A stretch of 64,000 nucleotides of DNA, taken from positions 224,001 to 288,000 of the forward strand of contig CAWBAN010000002.1 of the NCBI GenBank assembly GCA_963786935.1. The letters run 5' to 3'. Source of the DNA: an uncultured bacterium. GTDB taxonomy: Bacteria > Krumholzibacteriota > Krumholzibacteriia > Krumholzibacteriales > Krumholzibacteriaceae. The notes under the pieces were generated by a model. That model was given only the letters and a program-made list of their open reading frames with translations, was not told the DNA's origin and did no database searches. Every line of letters begins with the position of its first letter. Positions within the stretch are counted from its first letter, which is position 1. The translations under genes were made by a program, and so were the position numbers. Shown here piece by piece: positions 38,867-49,966 of the stretch.

Positions 38867-39604
38867 ATGAAGATAACGGCGTTCAACGGAAGCCCGCGGG
38901 CCGAGCGCGGCAACACGCACGTCATGGTGGAGTCGTTTCTCGCCGGGGCGCGCGAGGCGGGGGCTGAGACGGACAACGTTTTCCTCGCGAAGAGGAAGAT
39001 CGCGCCCTGCATCGCGTGCTACGCGTGTTGGATGAAGACGCCCGGGAGATGCGCGCAGCACGACGACATGGACGAGCTGCTCGACAAGGTGATCTCCTCG
39101 GATGTCGTCGTGTTCGCGACCCCCGTCTATGTGGACAACGTCACCGGGATCATGAAGGAGTTCATGGACCGGCTCATCGCGATCGGCGACCCGCACTGGG
39201 AGCGCGACGAAAACGGCGAATGCCGCCACCTGATGCGAAATCCGAAGCCGGCGAAGATCGCCGTCATCTCGAACTGCGGCTTCCCGCAGCAGAGCCATTT
39301 TCAGGTGCTGCGCCTCTATTATCGAAGAGTCGCGCGGAACATCCACGCCGAGCTGATCGTGGAGGTTTATCGCGACGGCGGCGCGCTTCTTACCACCTCC
39401 ACGCCGGAGCTGCTGCCGCTCGTGGCACGGTACAAGAAGCTCGTCGAGCGGGCCGGGCGAGAGACGGTGGAGCGCTCGCGGCTCTCGCCGGAGACGATCG
39501 CGAAGCTCGAGGAGCCCCTTCTCCCTTCGCCGACCTATGTCGAGGACTTCGTGCGGTTCGCAAACAAGCGGGTGGAAGATATCCTCGCAAAAAGGAAGGA
39601 ATAG
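38867..39604 (+). CDS. Flavodoxin-like iron-sulfur flavoprotein
   Basis: NGSPR...GNT, CIACYAC...C, TPVY. Confidence 0.9.
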   Translation: MKITAFNGSPRAERGNTHVMVESFLAGAREAGAETDNVFLAKRKIAPCIACYACWMKTPGRCAQHDDMDELLDKVISSDVVVFATPVYVDNVTGIMKEFMDRLIAIGDPHWERDENGECRHLMRNPKPAKIAVISNCGFPQQSHFQVLRLYYRRVARNIHAELIVEVYRDGGALLTTSTPELLPLVARYKKLVERAGRETVERSRLSPETIAKLEEPLLPSPTYVEDFVRFANKRVEDILAKRKE

Positions 39605-40174
39605 ATGCGATTCCGCATCGCGATGCTCATGTTTCTCTGCGTCGCGGCGCTCGTGCCCGCGAGCATCGCGTCATCGGCGGCCGCCGCGGAGCCGGACAGC
39701 CTCTCCCTGAAAAAGGGAGACCGGGTGCGCGTCACTTTCGCCGGAATCAAGGCCGTCTGCATTATTGAGGAGATACAACCCAGGGTTCTCGGCCTCCGGA
39801 GCTCGGAGACCGGCGCGCTGCAGCGTGTACGCATCGCCGATATATCGAGCCTGGAAGTCCGCGCGCCGAGGTCGCCGTTGGCGGGCGCGGGGCGTGGAGC
39901 GATGATCGGGGGCGGAATCGGATTCCTCGCCGGCTTTGTGATAGGGATAGCGGCCTCGTCGTATGAGGGAACGTCTTCCGTAACTCCGGCTGAGGGGATC
40001 GCATTCTTCGGCGGCACGCTTCTCTTCTTCGGTGCAGTGCTCGGAGCATTGGGAGGATTGGCGGTGCCGGGCGGACAGTGGGAAAAGATTCCTCTGGACG
40101 CGCGGGCCGGAACGGCGGTTTCGCCGAACGGAACGATCGGAGTGGGAATCACCATTCCGATTGGGGGATCGTGA
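39605..40174 (+). CDS. Secreted/membrane glycine-zipper protein (paralog 1)
   Basis: Signal peptide, KGDRVRV, Gly-rich TM hairpin. Confidence 0.8.
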   Translation: MRFRIAMLMFLCVAALVPASIASSAAAAEPDSLSLKKGDRVRVTFAGIKAVCIIEEIQPRVLGLRSSETGALQRVRIADISSLEVRAPRSPLAGAGRGAMIGGGIGFLAGFVIGIAASSYEGTSSVTPAEGIAFFGGTLLFFGAVLGALGGLAVPGGQWEKIPLDARAGTAVSPNGTIGVGITIPIGGS

Positions 40175-40776
40175 TGCGGTATCTCTTGGCGCTGCTCGCG
40201 ATGGTTCTCGTTGCGGGTGCGGGCGCCGCGGCGGCGGCCGCCGCGGCCGAGGACAGCCTTTCGGCGGCCCCGGCGATCTCGCCGCAAAAGGGGGATCGCG
40301 TTCGGGTCGAGGCGCTCGGGATCGAAGGCGTCTTTGTCGTGGAGGACATTCAGCCCGAGTTTCTCCTGCTGCGCGATCCGGACGGCATCATGCCCCAGAA
40401 GGTGCGCATCGCGGATATCACGAGCCTCGCGATCGGCGCCCCCAATTCGCCGGCGCGGGGCGCGGCGCGCGGAGCTGCCATCGGCGCCCTCATCGGGCTC
40501 CTCTCGGGATTCGTCACCGGGTTCGCGATGGGCGACGATCCGGATAACGATGGCAATTCCGACGGCGACTGGAGCTTCACCGTTACCGCCGAGGGAAAAG
40601 CATGGGCATACGGCGGCATGCTGTGCGCGGCCGGCGCGTTCATCGGGGCCATCGTGGGAGCGAGCATGCCGGGCGAGCAGTGGGAAGCGGTCTCTTTAAA
40701 CGGGAAGCCCGACATAGGAATGGCGCGGGACGGCACGGTCAGGATCGGTGTCGCATTTTCGTTAGGGGGATCATGA
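40174..40776 (+). CDS. Secreted/membrane glycine-zipper protein (paralog 2)
   Basis: Same architecture as 39605-40174; both end GGS. Confidence 0.8.
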   Translation: MRYLLALLAMVLVAGAGAAAAAAAAEDSLSAAPAISPQKGDRVRVEALGIEGVFVVEDIQPEFLLLRDPDGIMPQKVRIADITSLAIGAPNSPARGAARGAAIGALIGLLSGFVTGFAMGDDPDNDGNSDGDWSFTVTAEGKAWAYGGMLCAAGAFIGAIVGASMPGEQWEAVSLNGKPDIGMARDGTVRIGVAFSLGGS

Positions 40777-41213
40777 GGTGTTTCCTGAGGAGCGCGGGGA
40801 GGTATTGGGCGCTGTTCGCCGGGCTGCTGTTTCTCATAGAGTCGTCCTGCGCGGTCAGGATGCCGGTGCTGGAAACCGACCTCAAGAAGGCGGACCTGGC
40901 GGGGAGCGAGACGTACTGGCTCAAGACACAGGATAGGCATGTCTACGAGTTCGAGAAGTTTGCCGTGACGGACAGCACGCTCATCATCCTCGAAGGGAAA
41001 TCATACGGAATGGATGATTTGTCTCGCACAATGAGCCGACTCAAAGCCCCGGTCGTCATTCCATGGGGCGACGTCGAATCTCTCGAGAGGGCCGAGCGTT
41101 CGAATGTCATGACGGCGTTTGCGATCGCGGCGGGTGTGATCGTTGTGGGGGGCGTTGTTTTCGCGGCGTTATGGGTGCATGCAATCGCAGAGGGGTTGAG
41201 CCATCAGAACTGA
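40773..41213 (+). CDS. Hypothetical lipoprotein with C-terminal TM segment
   Basis: SSC lipobox-like site; ATGA overlap. Confidence 0.7.
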   Translation: MRCFLRSAGRYWALFAGLLFLIESSCAVRMPVLETDLKKADLAGSETYWLKTQDRHVYEFEKFAVTDSTLIILEGKSYGMDDLSRTMSRLKAPVVIPWGDVESLERAERSNVMTAFAIAAGVIVVGGVVFAALWVHAIAEGLSHQN

Positions 41214-41283
41214 GATCTTGATATCGCCCGGCACCGCGAGCGGGATTGGGAATTATGAATACTCAAACGGCAAGGAGGCTGTG

Positions 41284-42939
41284 ATGCGCAGATGCGCCGG
41301 GCCATTAATGGTCGTCGCGTTCCTCGCCCTGGCTTCGATGGCGGCGTCGGCAAGCGGCGATTCGCTTCGGATCAAGACGGACGACATCGTCGGCGCGGAA
41401 AAGGTAATCGGACTTGAATTCACGCAAGCCGAGCGGGACTCGATGTTTCAGGATCTGATCGACAACCTGAAAAGCTATCTGGCTCTCAGGAAGGTCGACA
41501 TCCCGAACTCGATACCGCCGGCGATGGAGTTCAATCCGATTCCCGTCGGCTTCAAGATCGAGACGGAAAAGCGCCCGTTCGCCGTGACCAAGGCGCGCAA
41601 GCTCGAACGTCCCGCGAATCTCGAAGAGCTCGCCTTCTGGCCGGTCCGCGATCTCGCCGAGCTCATCCGCACGAGGAAGATCAGCTCCACCGAGCTCACG
41701 AAGCTGTGCATCGAGCGGCTCAAGAAGTACGGCCCGCAGCTTGAATGCGTGATCACCGTCACCGAGGAGCGCGCCCTCGCGCACGCGAAGCGCGCCGACG
41801 AAGAAATAGCGAAGGGTAAATATCGTGGGCTGCTGCACGGGATCCCGTACGGCGCGAAGGATCTCCTCGCCGTCAAGGGATACCGAACGACGTGGGGCGC
41901 CATGCCGTACAAGGATCAAACGATCGACGAGGACGCGACGGTGATCCGGAAGCTCGACGACGCGGGCGCCGTGCTCGTCGCCAAGCTCACGATGGGGGCG
42001 CTCGCGTGGGGGGACGTCTGGTACGGCGGCAAAACGCGCAACCCGTGGAACCTCGAGGAGGGATCGAGCGGCTCGTCGGCCGGATCGGCCTCCGCGACGG
42101 CGGCGGGGCTCGTCCCCTTCGCCATCGGCACGGAGACGTGGGGCTCGATCGTCTCCCCGTCGACGCGCTGCGGCACGACGGGGCTTCGTCCCACATACGG
42201 GCGGGTGAGCCGCACCGGGGCGATGGCGCTCAGCTGGTCGATGGACAAGATCGGGCCGATCTGCCGCACCGTCGAGGACTGCGCGATCGTGTTCGAGGCG
42301 ATCCGCGGCGCGGACGGGATCGACCAGACGCTGATCGAAGCGCCGTTCAACTACAATCCCAAGATCGATATCAAGAAGCTGCGGGTCGGGTATCTGAAAA
42401 AGCTCTTCGACGAGAAATACGAAACCAGCGCCGCCGACTCCGCAACGCTCGTGAGGCTCCGCGAGCTCGGCTGCGAGCTCGTTCCCGTCGAGCTTCCCGA
42501 CTATCCGGTCGATGCGATCTCGTTCATCCTGAGCGCGGAGGCCGCGGCCGCCTTCGACGAGCTCACGCGCTCGGGCCGCGACGATCTGATGGTGCGGCAG
42601 ACGCGGGACGCCTGGCCGAACGTCTTCCGCGCCTCGCGGCTCATCCCCGCCGTCGAGTACATTCAGGCGAACCGCCTGCGATATCTCATCATTCAGGATA
42701 TGCAGAAGCTCGGCGTGGACGTGTGGCTCTCGCCGTCCTTCGGCGGAAGCAACTTGCTCCTCACAAATCTCACGGGACATCCCTGTGTCGTGCTGCCGAA
42801 CGGATTCGACGAGAAGGGGAGCCCGACGAGCGTCACGTTCATGGGGAAGCTCTTCGGCGAGGCGGAGCTCCTTGCCGTCGCCAAGGCGTATCAGGACGCG
42901 ACGGATTTCCATCTGAAGCATCCGCCGCTCTTCCGATAA
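41284..42939 (+). CDS. Secreted amidase signature family protein
   Basis: GSSGSSAGS, GTETWGSIVSP. Confidence 0.93.
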   Translation: MRRCAGPLMVVAFLALASMAASASGDSLRIKTDDIVGAEKVIGLEFTQAERDSMFQDLIDNLKSYLALRKVDIPNSIPPAMEFNPIPVGFKIETEKRPFAVTKARKLERPANLEELAFWPVRDLAELIRTRKISSTELTKLCIERLKKYGPQLECVITVTEERALAHAKRADEEIAKGKYRGLLHGIPYGAKDLLAVKGYRTTWGAMPYKDQTIDEDATVIRKLDDAGAVLVAKLTMGALAWGDVWYGGKTRNPWNLEEGSSGSSAGSASATAAGLVPFAIGTETWGSIVSPSTRCGTTGLRPTYGRVSRTGAMALSWSMDKIGPICRTVEDCAIVFEAIRGADGIDQTLIEAPFNYNPKIDIKKLRVGYLKKLFDEKYETSAADSATLVRLRELGCELVPVELPDYPVDAISFILSAEAAAAFDELTRSGRDDLMVRQTRDAWPNVFRASRLIPAVEYIQANRLRYLIIQDMQKLGVDVWLSPSFGGSNLLLTNLTGHPCVVLPNGFDEKGSPTSVTFMGKLFGEAELLAVAKAYQDATDFHLKHPPLFR

Positions 42940-42949
42940 GGAGGAAGAC

Positions 42950-45817
42950 ATGAAGAACGCAAGGCTCGCCATCGCCCTCTGCGGGTTGTTGCTTGTCGCG
43001 TTCGCAGCGGCGCCGAACGCGGACGCCGCGCCCGTCGCCGGCGCCGCGCCGGCCGCTCGCGACAAGGGCCCGCAGGTGCGGCTCGAAGATCCCATTCCGA
43101 TGGATCCGGAGGTGACCATCGGAAAGCTCGACAACGGTCTCACCTACTACATCAGGGTGAACAAGGATCCCGAAAAGCGCGCCTATGTCATGCTCGCCGT
43201 CAACGCGGGCTCCGTGCTCGAGGACGACGATCAGGTGGGGCTCGCGCATTTCGTGGAGCACATGGGATTCAACGGGACGAAGCACTTCCCGAAGCAGGAG
43301 CTCATCAAGTATCTCGAATCGGTCGGCGTCGCGTTCGGCTCGCAGGCGAACGCGGGCACCGGCTTCGACCAGACGGTCTACCGCCTCACGATTCCGACCG
43401 ACACGGCCGAGATCGTGGAGAAAGCGTTTCAGGTGCTCGAGGACTGGTCCCGGTGGATCAACATGGAGGACGAGGAGATCGAGAAGGAGCGCGGGGTCAT
43501 CGTCGAGGAGTGGCGGCTCGGGCTCGGCGCCGGCGAGCGGATATTCAACAAGCAGCTCCCCGTGCTTCTCAAGGACTCGCGTTACGCGCTGCGCCTCCCC
43601 ATCGGGAACAAGGACTCGCTCCGGACGTTCAAGCCCGAGGCCGCCCGGCGCTTCTACCGCGACTGGTACCGCCCCGATCTGATGGCCGTCGTCGCGGTCG
43701 GCGATTTCGATCCGAAGTGGATCCGGACGCTCATCGAGCAGCACTTCGCGGGGATGCCGCCGGTCGAGCATCCACGGCCCCGGACGGAGTTTCCCGTGCC
43801 CGATCACGTCGAGACCCTCTACTCGATCGAAAGCGATCCGGAGATGACGGGGACCAGCATCACGCTCTACTTCAAGAGCGATCCGCTTCCCGAGAAAACG
43901 CTCGCGGATTACCGGCGGGACCTCGTGTTCCGGCTGCACGAGGATATGTTCAGGCAGCGGCTCGCCGAGCTCAGCCAGAAACCGGATCCGCCGGTGCTCG
44001 GCGCGATGGTCCGCGACGGGCGCTTCGTGCGGTCGAAAGAATCCTACTTTCTCGCGGCCTCCGTCAAGGAGGGCGGGCTCGACCGCGGGCTCGAGGCAAT
44101 GCTCACGGAAGTGGCGCGGGTGAAAAAGTACGGATTCATCGAGCCTGAGCTGCAGCGGGTGAAGGAGCGCTGGATCCGGGTCAGCCAGTGGTCGGATCAA
44201 CGCGAGAAGGTCAAATCCGACACGTACGCCGGTCAGTGCCTGAGCCACTTTCTAAACGGCGACCCTATCGTGAATCCGGCGACGCAGCTCAATCTGTACG
44301 AGCGCCTCATGCCGGGAGTCTCGCTCGCGGAAGTCAACAAGCTGAGCGAGCAGTGGTTCGGATCGGGAAACTGCGTGATAACCGTCAGCGCGCCCGAAAA
44401 AGAAGGGCTCGCGCTCCCGACCGAGGACGAGCTGCGGTCCGTGTTCGCGCGTGTCGAGCGGGCCCCCGTCGAGCCGTACACCGAGAAGGAGATGGAGAAG
44501 CCGCTTCTCGCCAAGACGCCGAAGCCCGGCAAGATCGTCAAGGAATCGAAGCGTCCCGCGCTCGGAATCACCGAGTGGACCCTCTCGAACGGCGCACGCA
44601 TCATTCTCAAGCCGACCGATTTCGACCGCGAAAGGATGTTCTTCACCGCGTTCAGCCCGGGCGGATTGTCGCTCGTGTCGAACGGGGATCTCAGGTCCGT
44701 CGTCTACGGGCAGCAGGTGATCCAGTCGTGCGGGGTGGGGGACTTCGGCAGGGAGGATCTCAAGAAGAAGCTGATGGGCTCGATCGCATCGGCGGGCGTT
44801 CAGCTCTATGAGCTCACCGATAACTGCGAGGGGAAAGCGTATGCGAAGGATATCGAGACGATGTTCGAGCTCCTCTATCTGAGATTCACCGCGCCCCGCA
44901 TGTGCGACGACGAGTTCAAGGCGGCTCTCGTCAAGATAAGGGAATACGTGAGGAACAAGAACGCCGATCCGCAGCGGGTTTTTCAGGACACGGTGCAGGC
45001 GACGATAACCCGCTACAATCCGCGCTACCGCCCGATGACCGAGGCGGCGGTCGATTCGCTCGATCTCGGGACGGCGTTCCGCGTCTATCAGGACCGCTTC
45101 GCCGACGCGAGCGACTTCACGTTCATCTTCTACGGCGACTTCGAGCCGGATAAGATCAAACCGTACGTGCAGGCCTATATCGGCGGCCTGCCGTCCCTGA
45201 AACGCGGCGAGACCTGGCGGGATCTCGGCATCGTGCCCCCCGCGGGAGTCGTGAAGAAGGTCGTTCACAAGGGGATCGCGCCGAAAGCCTCCGTGTACCT
45301 CGCCTTCACGGGGCCCTACGAGTGGTCCCGCGAGAACCAGTGCGCGATGAATCTCATGACGGAGGTGCTTCAGACGAAGCTCCGCGAGGTCATCCGCGAG
45401 GAAAAGAGCGGCACCTACGGGGTCGGGGTGTGGGGGGGCGGCGAAAAGTATCCCCGCCAGAAATACCAGATTTCCATCAGCTTCGGATGCGATCCCGCGC
45501 GTGTCGACGAGCTCGTGGCGGCCGTTTTCGCTCAAATCGATACACTCCAGATGAACGGCCCCGGCGAGAGCTACGTCCAGCGGGCGAAGGAGACGAAGAA
45601 GCGCTATTTCGAGGAGAAGATGAAGGAAAACGGATTCTGGGCGGGAAACCTCCGCGAGGCCTATTTCCTCGGGGAGAATCCCGACGACATTCTCAAGGAT
45701 CCGGAGACGATCGCGACGATGAGCCCCGCGCGCATCCGGGACGCGGCGCGCGCGTATCTCAACGCGAGCAACTACATGCAGTTCGTCCTCATGCCCGAAC
45801 AGGAGGGCGGGAAATAG
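42950..45817 (+). CDS. M16 family zinc protease (PqqL-like), paralog 1
   Basis: HFVEH inverted zinc motif, signal peptide. Confidence 0.95.
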   Translation: MKNARLAIALCGLLLVAFAAAPNADAAPVAGAAPAARDKGPQVRLEDPIPMDPEVTIGKLDNGLTYYIRVNKDPEKRAYVMLAVNAGSVLEDDDQVGLAHFVEHMGFNGTKHFPKQELIKYLESVGVAFGSQANAGTGFDQTVYRLTIPTDTAEIVEKAFQVLEDWSRWINMEDEEIEKERGVIVEEWRLGLGAGERIFNKQLPVLLKDSRYALRLPIGNKDSLRTFKPEAARRFYRDWYRPDLMAVVAVGDFDPKWIRTLIEQHFAGMPPVEHPRPRTEFPVPDHVETLYSIESDPEMTGTSITLYFKSDPLPEKTLADYRRDLVFRLHEDMFRQRLAELSQKPDPPVLGAMVRDGRFVRSKESYFLAASVKEGGLDRGLEAMLTEVARVKKYGFIEPELQRVKERWIRVSQWSDQREKVKSDTYAGQCLSHFLNGDPIVNPATQLNLYERLMPGVSLAEVNKLSEQWFGSGNCVITVSAPEKEGLALPTEDELRSVFARVERAPVEPYTEKEMEKPLLAKTPKPGKIVKESKRPALGITEWTLSNGARIILKPTDFDRERMFFTAFSPGGLSLVSNGDLRSVVYGQQVIQSCGVGDFGREDLKKKLMGSIASAGVQLYELTDNCEGKAYAKDIETMFELLYLRFTAPRMCDDEFKAALVKIREYVRNKNADPQRVFQDTVQATITRYNPRYRPMTEAAVDSLDLGTAFRVYQDRFADASDFTFIFYGDFEPDKIKPYVQAYIGGLPSLKRGETWRDLGIVPPAGVVKKVVHKGIAPKASVYLAFTGPYEWSRENQCAMNLMTEVLQTKLREVIREEKSGTYGVGVWGGGEKYPRQKYQISISFGCDPARVDELVAAVFAQIDTLQMNGPGESYVQRAKETKKRYFEEKMKENGFWAGNLREAYFLGENPDDILKDPETIATMSPARIRDAARAYLNASNYMQFVLMPEQEGGK

Positions 45818-45904
45818 CTTTTGTCGGCGCGCGCCGGTTAGGATTGCCGCGATTGGATTGTCCTTATATATTGTAAGAGGATAATCCATCACAAGGAGGC
45901 TGCC

Positions 45905-48754
45905 ATGAACAGGTTGGGGATCGTTCTTGCCACGCTCGCCGCCGTATGCATCCTCGGTTTGCTCCCCGCGTCGAGCGGCGCCCGTCCAGCCAAGCCCGAG
46001 CCCGGCCGCGAGGCTCGGCTCGATGACCCCATTCCGGCCGACGCCAAGGTCATCACCGGCACCCTGGCAAACGGGATGCGGTACTACATCCGGGAGAATA
46101 AATGGCCCGAGGAGCGCGCGAGCATCCGGCTCGTGGTGAACGCGGGCTCCGTTCTCGAGGACGACGACCAGCTCGGTCTGGCGCACTTCGTCGAGCACAT
46201 GGGCTTCAACGGGACGAAGCGTTTTCCGAAACAGGAGCTCGTCAGGTATCTCGAATCGGTCGGGGTGAACCTCGGATGCGGCGGCGTCAACGCCTCGACG
46301 GGCTTCGACCAGACGATGTATTACATGAGCGTTCCAACCGACAAGCCGGACGTCGTCGAGACCGCGATGCGGATCTTCGGCGACTGGGCGCACGGCGTGA
46401 GCATGGAGGACGCCGAGGTGGAAAAGGAGCGCGGCGTGATCCTCGAGGAGTGGCGCCTGTGGCTCGGGGCGGGAGACCGTCTCTGGGACAAGCACGCCCC
46501 GGTGCTGTTCAAGGACTCGCGTTACGCGGCGCGCCTCCCGATCGGCACGAAGGAGTCGATCACCACGTTCAAGCCCGAAGCGCTCAGGCGTTTCTACACC
46601 GACTGGTATCGCCCCGATCTGATGGCGATCATCGCGGTCGGGGACTTCGACGCCGAGCGGATGCGGAAGCTCATCGAAGAAAACATGGGGCCGATTCAGC
46701 CCGTCGCAAATCTGCGCCCGCGCCCGACGTATCCCGTTCCCGATCATACGGAGATGCTCTTCTCCATCGAGAGCGATCCTGAAGAGACGGGGATGAGCGT
46801 CGGCATGTACTTCCTGACCGATCCGAAGCCGATGAAGACGCTCGCCGATTACCGCGGCAAGCTCGTCCGGCGTTTCCAGGATCTGCTGTTCCAGCAGCGC
46901 CTCGTCGAGATGACGAAGAAAGCCGACTCTCCGGTGCTCGGCGCGCGCCCGCTCTCGGGGCATTTCGTCCGGTCGAAGGATGCGCATTACGTCGGCGCAT
47001 GGGTGAAGGAGGATCGTGTCGAAGAGGGATTCGACGCGGTGCTCACGGAGATCGCGCGCATCGAGCAGCACGGCTTCTCCGAGGGGGAGCTCGGCCGGGT
47101 GAAGAAGGATTGGAAGCGCTTCGGCGAGTGGTGGGACCAAGGGGAAAAGACGGGGTCCGAGTACTACGCCAACCAGTGCCAGAGCAACTTTCTGAGAGGC
47201 GATCCCATCATCAACCACGCAATCGAGAGCGACCTCTACGATCAGCTCGTTCCGGGAATCACGCTCGACGACGTCAACAAGGCGCTCTCGGAATGGTTCG
47301 ACGCATCGAGCCGCGCGATTCTCGTGAGCGCGCCGAAAAAAGAGGGATTGGCGCTTCCCTCGGAGCAGTCGCTCCGCCTCGTCTTCGATCGTGTCGCCAA
47401 GAAGGAGGCGCCGGCGTTCGCCGACGATTTCAAGCCGCAGCCGCTCCTCGCGGAAGAGCCGCGCCCCGGCCGGATCGTCAAAGAAACGAAAATTCCCGAG
47501 CTCGAGGTCACCGAATGGACCCTTTCGAACGGCGTGCGCGTGCTCCTGCGGCCGACTGATTCCGATACGCAGCGCGTCTTCTTCGAGGCCCGGAAGCCCG
47601 GCGGCTCGTCGCTCCTCTCCGACCGCGACTATCGCGAACTCATACCGCTGCGCTATCTGCTCGAATGCGGCGTCGGCAATATCGACCGCGTCACGCTCAA
47701 GAAGATGCGCATGGGAACGATCGCCCACGCCTCTCCCGACGTATGGCCCCTCTACGAGCTCGTCGACGGGAAGGCGTACATGAAAGACCTCGAAACGATG
47801 TTCGAGCTCATATATCTCAGGTTCACCGCGCAGCGCGGCTGCGACGAGCAGTTCCAATCGTGGATGGCTCAGGAGCGCGAATGGCTCAAGAACAGGAACG
47901 CGGAGCCCCGCGTCGCATTCGACGATACGGTGCGGATGGTGCTGAGCCAATACCATCCGCGGAGGATGCCGCTCACCGAGCAGCAGCTCGATTCGATGAG
48001 CCTCGAGAGGGCCATGAAGGTCTATCGCGACCGCTTCGCCGACGCGAGCGGATTCATGTTCGTGTTCACGGGCAATTTCGAACCGGAGCTGCTGCGTCCG
48101 CTCGTCACGACTTACATCGGATCGCTCCCCTCGCTCAACCGCGTGGAGACGTGGCGGGATCTCGGCATCCGGCCTCCGAGCGGGGTGGTGAAGAAGATCG
48201 TTCGTCGCGGCATCGAGCAGCAGGCCGAGGTGCAGATATGCTTCACCGGCCCGGCCGAATGGTCGCGCGGGAACGAGATTGCGCTGCAAACGATGGGGGA
48301 GGTCTTCGGCAAGAAGCTCCGCGAGGTGGTCCGCGAGGACATGAGCGCGACGTACCATATCGGCTCGTATGCGGGCATGGACGAGTTTCCGGCTCCGCGG
48401 TACGAGATCTGGATCACCTTCGGCTGCGCGCCGGAGCGGGTCGACGAGATATTGAAGGCTGTTTACGTGCAGATCGACAGCTTGAAGACGAAGGGGCCCG
48501 AAGAACGCCATGTCGCGGCGATCAAGGAAACAACGAGAAAGCGCTACGAAACGCTGACGGAGAAAAGCTGGTACTGGGAACGGGAGCTCCTCGATGCCTA
48601 TCTCCGCGGCGAGGATCCCCGGAACATTCTCCTGGAGCCGGAGCTCGCGGTCGCCTTCGACGCGCGCAGCATTCAGGAGACGGCGCGCAAGTACTTCGAT
48701 ATGGGCAACTACATCGAGATGATCCGGCTGCCGGAGAAGGGGAGCGGGAAATAG
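45905..48754 (+). CDS. M16 family zinc protease (PqqL-like), paralog 2
   Basis: HFVEH motif; colinear with paralog 1. Confidence 0.95.
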   Translation: MNRLGIVLATLAAVCILGLLPASSGARPAKPEPGREARLDDPIPADAKVITGTLANGMRYYIRENKWPEERASIRLVVNAGSVLEDDDQLGLAHFVEHMGFNGTKRFPKQELVRYLESVGVNLGCGGVNASTGFDQTMYYMSVPTDKPDVVETAMRIFGDWAHGVSMEDAEVEKERGVILEEWRLWLGAGDRLWDKHAPVLFKDSRYAARLPIGTKESITTFKPEALRRFYTDWYRPDLMAIIAVGDFDAERMRKLIEENMGPIQPVANLRPRPTYPVPDHTEMLFSIESDPEETGMSVGMYFLTDPKPMKTLADYRGKLVRRFQDLLFQQRLVEMTKKADSPVLGARPLSGHFVRSKDAHYVGAWVKEDRVEEGFDAVLTEIARIEQHGFSEGELGRVKKDWKRFGEWWDQGEKTGSEYYANQCQSNFLRGDPIINHAIESDLYDQLVPGITLDDVNKALSEWFDASSRAILVSAPKKEGLALPSEQSLRLVFDRVAKKEAPAFADDFKPQPLLAEEPRPGRIVKETKIPELEVTEWTLSNGVRVLLRPTDSDTQRVFFEARKPGGSSLLSDRDYRELIPLRYLLECGVGNIDRVTLKKMRMGTIAHASPDVWPLYELVDGKAYMKDLETMFELIYLRFTAQRGCDEQFQSWMAQEREWLKNRNAEPRVAFDDTVRMVLSQYHPRRMPLTEQQLDSMSLERAMKVYRDRFADASGFMFVFTGNFEPELLRPLVTTYIGSLPSLNRVETWRDLGIRPPSGVVKKIVRRGIEQQAEVQICFTGPAEWSRGNEIALQTMGEVFGKKLREVVREDMSATYHIGSYAGMDEFPAPRYEIWITFGCAPERVDEILKAVYVQIDSLKTKGPEERHVAAIKETTRKRYETLTEKSWYWERELLDAYLRGEDPRNILLEPELAVAFDARSIQETARKYFDMGNYIEMIRLPEKGSGK

Positions 48755-49410
48755 AACCGTCGAACGGGAAGAAGACGAATCCCTGGCTCTCGGTGCCCGC
48801 GGCCGATTACGAGGGGCACATGGGGAGCCCCGGCGTGCGGCAGCTCGAGTTCCTGAGCAGGGTATTCGGCGGGCTCATGACCGAGTACGCCCCCGAATCG
48901 CTCCTCCTCCTCGGATGCGCGACGGGAAACGGGCTCGAGCGCGTCGATCCCGGGCGCACCCGCAGGCTCGTCGGCCTCGACATCAATCCGGAGTATCTGG
49001 AAATCTGCCGGGAGCGTCACGGGAAGAGACTGTCCGGGCTCGAGCTCGTCTGCGCCGACTTCGCGTCCTTCGAAACGGCGAGCGCCTCATTCGATTTCGT
49101 GCACGCGGCGCTCTTCTTCGAGTACGTCGATCCGGAATCGGCGATGCGGAAGATCTCGCGCTGGCTCGAGCCGGGTGGTATCCTCGCCGTCGTGCTCCAG
49201 CTGCCGCACGGTTCGGGCGGGAACGTCTCGGAGACGGAATTCGAGGGCGTGAAGATACTCGAGCCCGCGATACGGCTCGTCGATCCCGATGTCTTCCGGC
49301 GCCTCGCACGACGGTTCGGATTCTCCGAGGCGCGCTCTTCGAGGGAGCGGCTCGGGAGCGGCAAGGAATTCTTCACGGGTGTGTACCGTCTCGATGGCTC
49401 GCGCGAATAG
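48751..49410 (+). CDS. Class I SAM-dependent methyltransferase (start uncertain, possibly ATA at 48751)
   Basis: [29 protein letters not shown]. Confidence 0.8.
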   Translation: MEPSNGKKTNPWLSVPAADYEGHMGSPGVRQLEFLSRVFGGLMTEYAPESLLLLGCATGNGLERVDPGRTRRLVGLDINPEYLEICRERHGKRLSGLELVCADFASFETASASFDFVHAALFFEYVDPESAMRKISRWLEPGGILAVVLQLPHGSGGNVSETEFEGVKILEPAIRLVDPDVFRRLARRFGFSEARSSRERLGSGKEFFTGVYRLDGSRE

Positions 49411-49966
49411 ACTGATATTGTTCAACAAGCCGTTCCAGGTGCTGTGCCAGTTCAGCGGCGGAGGCCCCGGGCGGATCACGCTCGCCGAATTCATCAGAGT
49501 CCCCGGCGTGTATCCCGCGGGGCGGCTCGATAGCGACAGCGAGGGGCTCCTGCTCCTCACGGACTCGGGCGCGCTGCAGCACGCGATCACCGATCCCGGC
49601 CGCAAAACGGAGAAGACGTACCTCGCGCAGGTGGAAGGCTCGCCGGGGCGCGACGCATTGGAGCGTCTCAGGCGCGGCGTGCGGCTTCAGGACGGGATGA
49701 CGCTCCCGGCGAAGGCGCGGCTCGTCGATGAGCCCGACATCTGGCCGCGCGTGCCGCCGATACGATTCCGGAAGAGCATACCGACGGCGTGGATCGAGCT
49801 CGCGATCGTCGAGGGGCGAAACCGACAGGTGCGGCGGATGACGGCCGCCGTCGGCCATCCGACGCTGCGCCTCATCCGCGTGCGCGTCGGTCAATGGGAG
49901 CTCGGGGCGCTGGAGCCCGGCACATGGAGAGAGATCGAGGTTCGCGTTCCGGAGGGATCGAAATGA
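49394..49966 (+). CDS. RsuA/RluE family pseudouridine synthase
   Basis: [25 protein letters not shown]. Confidence 0.93.
   Translation: MARANRLILFNKPFQVLCQFSGGGPGRITLAEFIRVPGVYPAGRLDSDSEGLLLLTDSGALQHAITDPGRKTEKTYLAQVEGSPGRDALERLRRGVRLQDGMTLPAKARLVDEPDIWPRVPPIRFRKSIPTAWIELAIVEGRNRQVRRMTAAVGHPTLRLIRVRVGQWELGALEPGTWREIEVRVPEGSK

Noticed and set aside
44252..48511. 1419 aa minus-strand ORF and other long antisense ORFs (33151-35988, 41305-43143, 60476-63013)
   Set aside because: Shadow ORFs of high-GC genes with recognisable products on the opposite strand
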